Positions 17,518-24,150 of a DNA stretch of 24,150 bases are shown in pieces. The stretch covers positions 1 through 24,150 of the IMG/VR virus record IMGVR_UViG_3300037631_001245. One strand, given 5' to 3'. Under the pieces are notes generated by a model. The model searched no databases, had not been told where the DNA came from, and was given only the letters and a program-made list of their open reading frames with translations. The translations under genes and the position numbers were made by a program. Numbering within the stretch: the first letter of the stretch is position 1; every line of letters begins with the position of its first letter. Origin of the DNA: a virus (lineage: Duplodnaviria > Caudoviricetes).

Positions 17518-17780
17518 TTAACTTTGTTAGCCCAATAAGCTGCACTCATCTTACCCTTCTTGATATTCTTAGCATGACGAGCTTTAAAGCTTTTTCGTCT
17601 AGCCTTACCTTTTTTTGTTTTAGGGTTTTTACCAGCACCACTAACACCTTGCTGGCCAAACCTTATAAGCTTGACCTTGCTTCCTTCCTTTGCCAAAACG
17701 GCATGTGACTTTTTAGCTTTGGGTGTACGCTTAGGCTTGTTATATCCTGAAAATCTTTCACCACGATATGTTATAGCCAT
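17511..17780 (-). CDS. Highly basic conserved phage protein (89 aa; DUF5754/DUF6321-like)
   Basis: GYNKPKRTP..KSHAVLAKEG..KLIRFGQQG..ARRKSFKARH..SAAYWANKVKW, recognised as a widespread small Lys-rich viral protein. The family name is from memory and not verified. Confidence 0.75.
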   Translation of the reverse strand: MAITYRGERFSGYNKPKRTPKAKKSHAVLAKEGSKVKLIRFGQQGVSGAGKNPKTKKGKARRKSFKARHAKNIKKGKMSAAYWANKVKW

Positions 17781-17788
17781 TAATTATC

Positions 17789-18058
17789 TCACTGTTTTGT
17801 GATTACAAAATGTGGATTTTCTCCATCTAAGTCTCCACCAATAATTACATTTTCAGCTAACCCAGCAGCACTTAATGCAAAATTAAGTTGAGCCTGTGCT
17901 TCATTAGTTGCTTGAATCAATTGTTTAAATATACTCGCCTGCTCCATAGTCAAAAGTTTACGTCTTGTATTTGGAGAATCAGGTTTTTGTTGTGTTGTTT
18001 GCGACTCGTTCTTTAAGGTTTTCTGCTTGCGTTTCGACTGCTGCGATCCTTTCCCCAT
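17789..18058 (-). CDS. Hypothetical phage protein (start uncertain)
   Basis: Co-oriented ORF filling the gap. The 18058 ATG has AAGGTGG upstream but overlaps the previous gene by 80 nt; an internal ATG (MEQASIF) is an alternative start. Confidence 0.55.
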   Translation of the reverse strand: MGKGSQQSKRKQKTLKNESQTTQQKPDSPNTRRKLLTMEQASIFKQLIQATNEAQAQLNFALSAAGLAENVIIGGDLDGENPHFVITKQ

Positions 18059-18215
18059 GGGTATCCACCTTTTGTCCTATACGTTCTACAGTGCGCTCTA
18101 TCTGAGCGAGGGACTGTCTAGTCCCATTTAATCCAGCTTTAACTCCGCCATAAGCGGCCCCTGCTGCAGCTGGTATAGCGAGCAGAGATACTAAATTCAT
18201 CATTTCGCTTTCCAT
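17979..18215 (-). CDS. Small membrane-anchored coiled-coil protein (78 aa; holin-like or XhlA-like architecture)
   Basis: Start reassigned to the ATG at 18215, 1 nt after the tail fibre stop. Hydrophobic MNLVSLLAIPAAAGAAYGGV is followed by heptads (LAQIERTVERIGQKVDTHGERIAAVE). Confidence 0.65.
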   Translation of the reverse strand: MESEMMNLVSLLAIPAAAGAAYGGVKAGLNGTRQSLAQIERTVERIGQKVDTHGERIAAVETQAENLKERVANNTTKT

Positions 18216-18216
18216 G

Positions 18217-20337
18217 CTATAGGTCTTCAACTTCCTCTGGTTTTTCACGTTCAAGGATTGGCCTTCCATCGCTATCCGTCCATTCCGTATCATACATATG
18301 TTGATCCTGACGTTCAGCTACAACAAGCCATGACACTGTATCAGTGCAATCGCTCTCTTGGCATTCAATAGTCAAAGTGCTTCCAGATACAGAACCCTTA
18401 ACCATATCCCAGCCTGTCTCGTTTGTAGTAAAACAGGTAGCATCTCTGCATAATAATTCCCAAGTTCCAGCAGTCATTCCAAACTCAGCGTTCATCTCTA
18501 CTGTAGCTTGTCCATCTACAAGGTCTATCTGCCCACGATAAATCAAGTCGGCTCTTGGTCCCTCAATAAACGAATGATATAAATCATGCGTATCTTTCAT
18601 TGAAGGCAATGGATGGTCGATCTTAAATGATCCAGAACCTTTTGATAATGCTCCACCAACAGCTACATCTTCTCCACTACACTGGATAGCATAATTGGTA
18701 TGGATAGTGGCGTTAGAACTGATGTAGTACTTGTTATCTGCTCCCCTAACCCCTGCTTGGAAGTGAAGTACTTGGCCACTACCCCCATCGTTCTCATAGT
18801 ATTGAATAGCCCCTACACCAGTATTACCTGCCTGCAGTCTTATATATGGATTTCCGCCACTTGAAGCGAAAAGGAAAGAATCAATCCCTTCGGTAGTGAG
18901 GGTTACCACATCTCCCGCAGATTCTGATAGGTAGGTGTTGCCTGATGCCGATCCATCTAGCCGTAATTTGTCAGTGGCACCAATAATAATGTCAGCACCA
19001 GCCGATACATTACCTGTTAAGGTAGATGTTCCGCTAACATCCAGTGTACCATTTAGGTCTACTGCCGTGGCGTTTAATTCTATCTCGTCAGTAGCATTAA
19101 TGTCTAATATTGCGTTTGATGGGGCGTTAATATACTGACTAGCATCGTTGAATTGGATAGCCATGGTGCTGTTTAGTAGCAACCCTGTGTCTGCAACATG
19201 AGTCAGAGTCACATCCGTATCTGCACCAAAACCTAAAACTGCCGCATCACTGACCAGCGTAAGATCGTCACCAACCGTTGCATCTCCTGACATTGTGACA
19301 TTTCCCGTAAGTGTCGATGTGCCAGAAACATCTAGCGTTCCGTTAAGATCTACTGCGGTAGCGTTTAATTCGATTTCGTCTGTGGCATTGATGTCTAGAA
19401 CCGTAGCTGAAGGAGCATTGATATATTGACTAGCATCGTTGAACTGCAAAGCCATAGTGCTATTCAGAAGTAATCCTGTATCTGCTACATGGGTTAGCGT
19501 AACATCTGTATCCGCACCAAACCCCAGAACCGCAGCATCACTCACTAAGGTGAGATCATCTCCGACGGTTGCATCTCCTGACATTGTAACATTACCAGTA
19601 AGTGTTGATGTACCCGATACGTCCAATGTTCCATTTAAATCAACTGCTGTTGCATTAAGTTCAATTTCGTCTGTAGCATTAATGTCCAGTATCGCATTTG
19701 AAGGAGCATTTATATACTGACTGGCATCATTAAATTGAATTGCCATCGTAGAATTGAGAAGCAATCCTGTATCAGCCACATGAGTCAGATTCACATCTGA
19801 GTCAGCACCGAAGTTTAAGACAGCCGCATCACTTCCAAGTGTCAGATCATCTCCAACACTAGCGTCACCACTCATAGTGACTGCACCAGCTACAGTAAGT
19901 GTGCTACTTAGCTCTAGGTCAGCAAATGCATCTAGTACTGCTGCTCCAGATCCAGCACCATCTGTAAGCACTGCTGCTATCTTACCATTACCTATGGTGA
20001 TGTTAGCACCAGAGCCTTGACTGATAATAATATTCTGTGAGCCGCTTGTAGCATTCTCAATGAACCAAACCTTATTAACAGTATTAGGTGCAATCGTAAT
20101 CGTACAAGCAGAGTCTAAAGTACCTGTGTACTTAAGGAAGATCGCACGACCTTCGTCTGCTGCACCATCTGCTATGGTCGTAGTATGAGTATCAGCGTTA
20201 GTAGTAATGGCCTCTGTGCCAGAACCAAACGCATCAGCTATTAGCTCTAAGTTTGTGTTGGTCTTGGTTCCCCAGGTACCTGACTCATCACCCGTAGTGA
20301 TTTCCAAAAGTCTCAGATTATTTACATATGTTCCCAT
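18217..20337 (-). CDS. Tail fibre protein (706 aa)
   Basis: N-terminal anchor (TYVNNLRLLEITTGDESGTWGTKTNTNLELI..LKYTGTL..TITIAPN..KVWFIENATSG), three 97-aa beta-rich repeats, a unique head region, and a C-terminal GSGSFKIDHPL..LYHSFIEGP..LIYRG domain typical of fibre C-termini. AGGA SD upstream of the ATG. Confidence 0.85.
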   Translation of the reverse strand: MGTYVNNLRLLEITTGDESGTWGTKTNTNLELIADAFGSGTEAITTNADTHTTTIADGAADEGRAIFLKYTGTLDSACTITIAPNTVNKVWFIENATSGSQNIIISQGSGANITIGNGKIAAVLTDGAGSGAAVLDAFADLELSSTLTVAGAVTMSGDASVGDDLTLGSDAAVLNFGADSDVNLTHVADTGLLLNSTMAIQFNDASQYINAPSNAILDINATDEIELNATAVDLNGTLDVSGTSTLTGNVTMSGDATVGDDLTLVSDAAVLGFGADTDVTLTHVADTGLLLNSTMALQFNDASQYINAPSATVLDINATDEIELNATAVDLNGTLDVSGTSTLTGNVTMSGDATVGDDLTLVSDAAVLGFGADTDVTLTHVADTGLLLNSTMAIQFNDASQYINAPSNAILDINATDEIELNATAVDLNGTLDVSGTSTLTGNVSAGADIIIGATDKLRLDGSASGNTYLSESAGDVVTLTTEGIDSFLFASSGGNPYIRLQAGNTGVGAIQYYENDGGSGQVLHFQAGVRGADNKYYISSNATIHTNYAIQCSGEDVAVGGALSKGSGSFKIDHPLPSMKDTHDLYHSFIEGPRADLIYRGQIDLVDGQATVEMNAEFGMTAGTWELLCRDATCFTTNETGWDMVKGSVSGSTLTIECQESDCTDTVSWLVVAERQDQHMYDTEWTDSDGRPILEREKPEEVEDL
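19009..19881 (-). repeat. Three tandem 291-nt (97-aa) repeats in the tail fibre shaft
   Basis: Units 19591-19881, 19300-19590 and 19009-19299 (residues 153-443), each VTMSGDA.VGDDLTL.SDAAVL.FGAD...LDVSGTSTLTGN. Nearly identical in protein, with many synonymous DNA differences. Confidence 0.95.
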
Positions 20338-20352
20338 GCTTAATTCCTATTG

Positions 20353-20991
20353 TTATGTTGGGACTTCTTCCCAGTCTGGCGTTTGAGAATCACTAACTCC
20401 GGACCAGCTTGGTGTTTGCGAATCACTGACATCAGACCAGCTTGGTGTTTGTGCATCATTTACACTAGACCAAGAAGGTGTTTGTGAGTCGCTAACTGCT
20501 GCCCAATCTGGTGTCTGTGAATCATCTATTATCGTCCATATCTGTACACTGCTTATTCCTGTCGTACCAACCACACCACTCGCACTTACTGTTACTCCAG
20601 TACCACCAGTTGCTGTTACCGAGCCGACAGATCCTGTTGCCGTTTCACCTGTTACAGATAAATTGGCATCTCCAGTTACTGTAACCGAACCTACCGCACT
20701 TGTCCCAGCTAATCCTGTTAAGGTAACATTTGCTGTTCCCGTTACCGTAACACTTCCTACACTTCCTGTTGCACTTACACCCGTAGCAGTAAGATTTGCA
20801 TCTGCTGTTACAGATACTGACCCTACTGAGCCAGTACCTGCTAACCCTGTTTCGGTAATAGTAACATCTATTACTACCGACTCATCACCTACTGCACTCG
20901 TTCCTGCTACACCTGTAACTTCTACAGGTATAGCTTCACCCCATGTGCCAGAACCCCATGTAGATCGGCCCCAGCCTGTTATATCAGCCAT
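20353..20991 (-). CDS. Thr/Gly/Val-rich repetitive tail-associated protein (212 aa)
   Basis: N-terminal GWGRSTWGSGTWG, five to six 22-aa TG..ATGSVGSV.V repeats, and five C-terminal 11-aa D[SA]QTP[SD]W repeats. Adjacent to the tail fibre gene. Confidence 0.75.
   Translation of the reverse strand: MADITGWGRSTWGSGTWGEAIPVEVTGVAGTSAVGDESVVIDVTITETGLAGTGSVGSVSVTADANLTATGVSATGSVGSVTVTGTANVTLTGLAGTSAVGSVTVTGDANLSVTGETATGSVGSVTATGGTGVTVSASGVVGTTGISSVQIWTIIDDSQTPDWAAVSDSQTPSWSSVNDAQTPSWSDVSDSQTPSWSGVSDSQTPDWEEVPT
20365..20530 (-). repeat. Five tandem 33-nt (11-aa) repeats V.D[SA]QTP[SD]W
   Basis: IDDSQTPDWAA VSDSQTPSWSS VNDAQTPSWSD VSDSQTPSWSG VSDSQTPDWEE. DNA gaccagcttggtgtttg recurs at 33-nt spacing. 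Confidence 0.9.
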
Positions 20992-20992
20992 T

Positions 20993-21424
20993 CTAGGCTA
21001 TACGAATTATCGCGTTACTCGCATCTGCCGCAGGGAAAGCAATCGTGAATGTACCAGCAGTAGCTGTCTTATCTGCACCGAAGGCCAACACAAGAACAGA
21101 TGTATCACCAGTGGTATCTTCATTGAATATCAACGCACCATTAGCCGTAAATGTTGCAGTAGACCATGAGGTGTCTGCAAAATCGGTTAGAGCCGTTGTT
21201 CCACTAGTCGAAGGATCGACCCTCGTTAGCGTATTTCCCTTGGCACTATAGTTTGTACCACTGATTTCATTAGTACTAGAATACGCAGTAGTACTGGCAC
21301 CTAACGATGCACTGCTTGTATAGAGTGCAATCTTAAAAGTGTCACCACCAGAATTAAGAAAATTGTGCTTTCCTTCTAGCAACTCTTTCTTAAACGAGGT
21401 GCACATCGCTTGAGATATAGCCAT
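20993..21424 (-). CDS. Conserved phage tail/virion structural protein (143 aa)
   Basis: MAISQAMCTSFKKELLEGKHNF..DTFKIALYTS..TTAYS..NE..GTNY..DFAD.SW..ATFTA.GALI.N..VLAFG.DKT.T.GTFTI.FP.ADA.NAIIRIA, a widespread phage structural family. TAATG coupling. Confidence 0.8.
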   Translation of the reverse strand: MAISQAMCTSFKKELLEGKHNFLNSGGDTFKIALYTSSASLGASTTAYSSTNEISGTNYSAKGNTLTRVDPSTSGTTALTDFADTSWSTATFTANGALIFNEDTTGDTSVLVLAFGADKTATAGTFTIAFPAADASNAIIRIA

Positions 21425-21708
21425 TATAATTTCTCCACTGAATTAGCCAAATCATTATGACCCGCTGATCTCAGCAGGGTAATGACCTTAGAGCGATCTT
21501 CTTTAATCGCTTCCCATATAAAATACTGTACCGCCTTATGAATATAAGCCTTAAACTCTTTTGCCTGTTCAGCAATAGTAGGATGAGCATTCTTTCCTAC
21601 AGAAATAATCATATCTGAAGCCCTTTCTGCCCAATGGCTTGGACCAAGATTACCATTCTTGCTTGTGGTAACCGTTACGTTTCCTACTCCTGAGTCAATA
21701 TCAAACAT
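21424..21708 (-). CDS. Conserved hypothetical phage protein (94 aa)
   Basis: V.V.T..N.....WAERA...IISV...AHP.I.EQA.EFK..I....EAIK.DR pattern. TAATG overlaps at both ends. Confidence 0.75.
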   Translation of the reverse strand: MFDIDSGVGNVTVTTSKNGNLGPSHWAERASDMIISVGKNAHPTIAEQAKEFKAYIHKAVQYFIWEAIKEDRSKVITLLRSAGHNDLANSVEKL

Positions 21709-22346
21709 TACCTGGCAGCCACCTTTATCATGCCATCTCTATATTCATCTCCGGTCATTCTGCCTTCAGCCTGTACTTTAAGTAGTTCCAATGCTTCTTG
21801 ATATCTTTGTTGATACAGTTGCATCATATCTGGCTCACCCTTCATATAAGTGTAGGCCTCTAATAGTGATCCGTATAATAATACTGTATCAGCGTTATTT
21901 CCAAGCCATGACGTACTGTCTGTAACAATCGAATTGGGCATATAGTAATAATGCAATTCAGTAACATAATCTGCATCGGGCGTAGGCCCGACAATAAATG
22001 TAGTTGAGTCAAAAACACCGTAATACTTCGGAGTACCTTCCGTGCTGGCATTCGGATAAGTCGATCTGATAAAGTTTGCATCTTTATTCAGTAAAAATAT
22101 CTGATTGCTAGAACTTGTTATCGACAAGGACAGGGGAAACAGAAACGTAGGATCTGTCGGCATTGTCAGGTACGCATTACCATCTGTCAGTGTACCAGCT
22201 ACATTTTTTCTGTTAACAGGTAAATTCACAGAACGGTATATTCTTTGCTCAGTTTGTTTAATAAACGTAGGTATTGCTGCCGTAAAGTCAGTGCCAGTGT
22301 TATTTGTGTAATCCTTAATAGCCGCTGTCAATTCAGTATAGTTCAT
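21708..22346 (-). CDS. Head-tail adaptor/tail tubular ring protein (T7 gp11-like) (212 aa)
   Basis: MNYTELTAAIKDYT..IPTFIKQTEQRIYR..GTPKYYG....FIVGPTPDADY..ELHYYY.P.SI....SWLG.N...LLYGSLLEAYTYMK..YQEAL, the characteristic adaptor signature. Confidence 0.8.
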   Translation of the reverse strand: MNYTELTAAIKDYTNNTGTDFTAAIPTFIKQTEQRIYRSVNLPVNRKNVAGTLTDGNAYLTMPTDPTFLFPLSLSITSSSNQIFLLNKDANFIRSTYPNASTEGTPKYYGVFDSTTFIVGPTPDADYVTELHYYYMPNSIVTDSTSWLGNNADTVLLYGSLLEAYTYMKGEPDMMQLYQQRYQEALELLKVQAEGRMTGDEYRDGMIKVAAR

Positions 22347-22678
22347 GTTGTCACCGTCACAGTTCCTACCTTTCCATGTGCTACAATATTTCCTGCACCA
22401 CCACCATTACCATTACCAACTGGATCAAATGCAAAAAGTTTTCTACTAGTATCCTGTGCTATATCTGGCCTGGGATCTCTGATAGCTTGTGGGTCTGTGT
22501 AGTCGCCAAGTCTGCCTAAGAAATTTTGAGGCTGGTCCTCGTCAAGCATATCGCGACCGACCATTAAGCCAGTCATACGGCCTGCTTTCACTTGAGGAAC
22601 CAAGTCCTTTAACTTGTATCTAAAACCGGTGCGATCACAGAAACCAAAAGCATATTTCCCATTAGCAAAACTACCCAT
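22343..22678 (-). CDS. Conserved phage head-completion-region protein (111 aa)
   Basis: FANGKYAFGFCDRTGFRYKLKDL..D.DQPQ..LG...DPQAIRDPRPD, a family I recognise between adaptor genes. TAATG and ATGA overlaps. Confidence 0.75.
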   Translation of the reverse strand: MGSFANGKYAFGFCDRTGFRYKLKDLVPQVKAGRMTGLMVGRDMLDEDQPQNFLGRLGDYTDPQAIRDPRPDIAQDTSRKLFAFDPVGNGNGGGAGNIVAHGKVGTVTVTT

Positions 22679-23352
22679 TAATAGCCCCCTGGTACAAAAT
22701 GCACCGAAGCACGATCACGATCTTCTTGCTGGGCTAAGTCCCATTGAAATTCATACTCAGCTTTAAGTTCACCAGAACGCATAAATGCTTCTGGATATTT
22801 TTGTGACAATCTAAATGCCAATCCTGCAACTAATGGTGGTAAGAATCTCGCTGGCACATCAGGGTTAGTAGATCCTACATTTCCAGTATCCTCTATGCGC
22901 CTAATTCTTTGATATGCCAATGTGTAAACCTTATCAGGAGTAGGCCATAAATATGCAACAGGAGCAGCCCTTTGCTTGTCAATATAAATATTAACTGGGC
23001 GACCCTCAGAAAGCTTATTAGGTATAGTTGCATACTGAGAAACACTAAACCTAGATAGAGGTAAATCACTTTGTGATGTACCAGATCCATCACGAATCCA
23101 ATGCTCAATAAGGTCTATCGTATCTGCTGGCAATGTAACAGAAGGCGTACCAGCAACTGTACTAGCCGTTCCCTCTTCTACACACCAAAAATTTAATCCA
23201 CGGTTTGCCCACTCGAGACTCAGCAAATTAAGCGAGCGACGAGCAGTGGACATATCATATCCCGTCTTTAATTGAATACCGCATCGTTCAAATGCCTCTT
23301 CAACAACTTCCGAGATATCAAGATTAAATGTTGCAGTTCCTGATGTAGCCAC
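22678..23352 (-). CDS. Head-to-tail connector/adaptor protein (224 aa)
   Basis: GTG start overlapping the upstream TAG. MATSGTATFNLDISEVVEEAFERCG..GYD..TARRSLNLL..EWANRGLNFW..Y..IPNK...GRP..IY..LWPTPD..DVPARFLP.LV.GLA..L...YE..W.LA..EDR. Confidence 0.8.
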   Translation of the reverse strand: MATSGTATFNLDISEVVEEAFERCGIQLKTGYDMSTARRSLNLLSLEWANRGLNFWCVEEGTASTVAGTPSVTLPADTIDLIEHWIRDGSGTSQSDLPLSRFSVSQYATIPNKLSEGRPVNIYIDKQRAAPVAYLWPTPDKVYTLAYQRIRRIEDTGNVGSTNPDVPARFLPPLVAGLAFRLSQKYPEAFMRSGELKAEYEFQWDLAQQEDRDRASVHFVPGGY

Positions 23353-23510
23353 TACCTACCTACCTTTTTCATGGCTTTTTTATGAGCCGCCGTAAACGTC
23401 GAGCCCGACGCCATAGACTTACGCATAGCCGCCATATGCTTTTTCGTATGATGTTTAGAATGTTTCTTAAGCGCATCTGTTTGCCTCTTGGTTAATTTTT
23501 TTTTAGGCAT
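23352..23510 (-). CDS. Small Lys/His-rich basic protein (52 aa), absent from the ORF track
   Basis: MPKKKLTKRQTDALKKHSKHHTKKHMAAMRKSMASGSTFTAAHKKAMKKVGR*. Starts 2 nt after the upstream stop, and its TAG overlaps the next GTG (TAGTG). Confidence 0.8.
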   Translation of the reverse strand: MPKKKLTKRQTDALKKHSKHHTKKHMAAMRKSMASGSTFTAAHKKAMKKVGR

Positions 23511-23512
23511 AA

Positions 23513-23698
23513 TCAACTATCCTTAAATTTATCCAAGCATTGCTGGTTAAACTTTACAACTTTTCCAGGTGTCCTAGAACCTTCTTTTATTATACCACCG
23601 CTTCTCATTCTAGCATAATCCTGTAATGAACCATTTTTACTAAATGCATTTGTTACAGATTTTTTTATTATACCATTATTATCACTTTTAAAAGGCAT
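23513..23698 (-). CDS. Small basic hypothetical protein (61 aa) with an MRSGGII tag
   Basis: TAATG coupling with the upstream gene. Lys-rich, with one hydrophobic-x-x-GG motif. Confidence 0.65.
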   Translation of the reverse strand: MPFKSDNNGIIKKSVTNAFSKNGSLQDYARMRSGGIIKEGSRTPGKVVKFNQQCLDKFKDS

Positions 23699-24096
23699 TA
23701 TTCGTAGCTCTTGCCCATCTTCAGCATGATCGCATATCGATCACCACTTGCATGTCCTGTTGTGGTAAACATTATATCGCCAGTTGGACTGGACGCATTA
23801 TTGATCAGAGGTCCAGCGGATCTAAAGTCAAAGTATCCATACCCACTAAGAGTCCAAGCAATGACATCTGTGGAAGCATCCCAGAGCAAGTCTACACTCA
23901 TACCATTGCATTCATACCAGACACACTGAATAGATACTCCAGTGCATGCTGCACCTGAACCTGATTGAGTTTGTAGTGCGGAAACGTCTACCTTCTTAAC
24001 AGCAGCTTCGCCACTGCCGTCGGATATGTTGGTGAACTTCATCACGACAGATTTGTCGCCATCTTGCAAGGTTTGCGAAGTTACTGCATCAGCCAT
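23698..24096 (-). CDS. Conserved phage virion protein (132 aa, beta-rich)
   Basis: MADAVTSQTLQDG.K.VVMKFTNISDGSGE.AVKKVDVSAL..V.LLWDA..D..GY.DF...G.L.N....TGDI.FTT.G..SGD.Y.I.L...K.Y. Strong AAGGAG SD upstream. Confidence 0.8.
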   Translation of the reverse strand: MADAVTSQTLQDGDKSVVMKFTNISDGSGEAAVKKVDVSALQTQSGSGAACTGVSIQCVWYECNGMSVDLLWDASTDVIAWTLSGYGYFDFRSAGPLINNASSPTGDIMFTTTGHASGDRYAIMLKMGKSYE

Positions 24097-24102
24097 CTAA
24101 AT

Positions 24103-24138
24103 CTCCTTATGGGTACGGGAGCTTTCGCTCTGCCCATA
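24103..24138 (-). promoter_or_regulatory. GNRA-capped stem-loop abutting the Shine-Dalgarno sequence of the 132-aa gene
   Basis: mRNA UAUGGG-CA-GAGC-GAAA-GCUC-CCGUA-CCCAUA (24138-24108) runs directly into AAGGAG (24108-24103), 6 nt before the ATG. Confidence 0.5.
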
Positions 24139-24150
24139 GCAGAAGATGTG

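Noticed and set aside
18216-18293. Track start at 18293 for the membrane coiled-coil gene
   Set aside because: It overlaps the tail fibre C-terminus; the ATG at 18215 just after the fibre stop fits the operon pattern and places the hydrophobic segment at the N-terminus.
18217-19881. Diversity-generating retroelement targeting the tail fibre
   Set aside because: Repeat differences are synonymous and not adenine-specific; no reverse transcriptase or template repeat is seen in the window.
20365-20530. 33-nt periodic repeats resembling a CRISPR array
   Set aside because: In-frame coding repeats that vary at synonymous positions, with no unique spacers and no cas genes.
8327-23108. Short alternative-frame minus-strand ORFs (8327-8668, 9301-9495, 11477-11686, 21860-22081, 22893-23108)
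   Set aside because: Nested within better-supported genes, with no motif support.
761-23958. Many plus-strand ORFs in the track (for example 761-1063, 5799-6122, 11665-12012, 20663-21169)
   Set aside because: They lie antisense to long, tightly coupled minus-strand genes, have shadow-like Ser/Pro/Leu-rich composition and show no recognisable motifs.

Overview
The window is one contiguous minus-strand virion morphogenesis (late) operon of a tailed dsDNA bacteriophage. The adaptor, nozzle and ejection-protein layout, with no tape measure, tube or sheath gene seen, points to a short-tailed (podovirus-type) environmental phage. In transcription order (right to left): small conserved virion and basic proteins, two head-tail adaptor/ring-like proteins, small tail proteins, a Thr/Gly/Val repeat protein, a tail fibre with three 97-aa repeats, a cassette of small membrane, basic and lipoprotein genes, a P22 gp10-like stabilization/nozzle protein with three inserted beta-domains, three large low-complexity internal (ejection/cargo) proteins, and a giant protein of at least 2284 aa with an LPD38-like C-terminus that runs off the left edge. 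The ORF track misses three genes I read by hand: the giant ORF (<1..6852), a 44-aa lipoprotein (17383..17517) and a 52-aa Lys/His-rich protein (23352..23510). The most striking pattern is a hydrophobic-x-x-G-G peptide tag, often a 9-aa-period doublet (xASGG[ML]IPGYxxGG), repeated across three otherwise dissimilar internal proteins and one small basic protein. It may be a shared virion-cargo targeting or processing signal. All family assignments come from motif recognition, not database searches.
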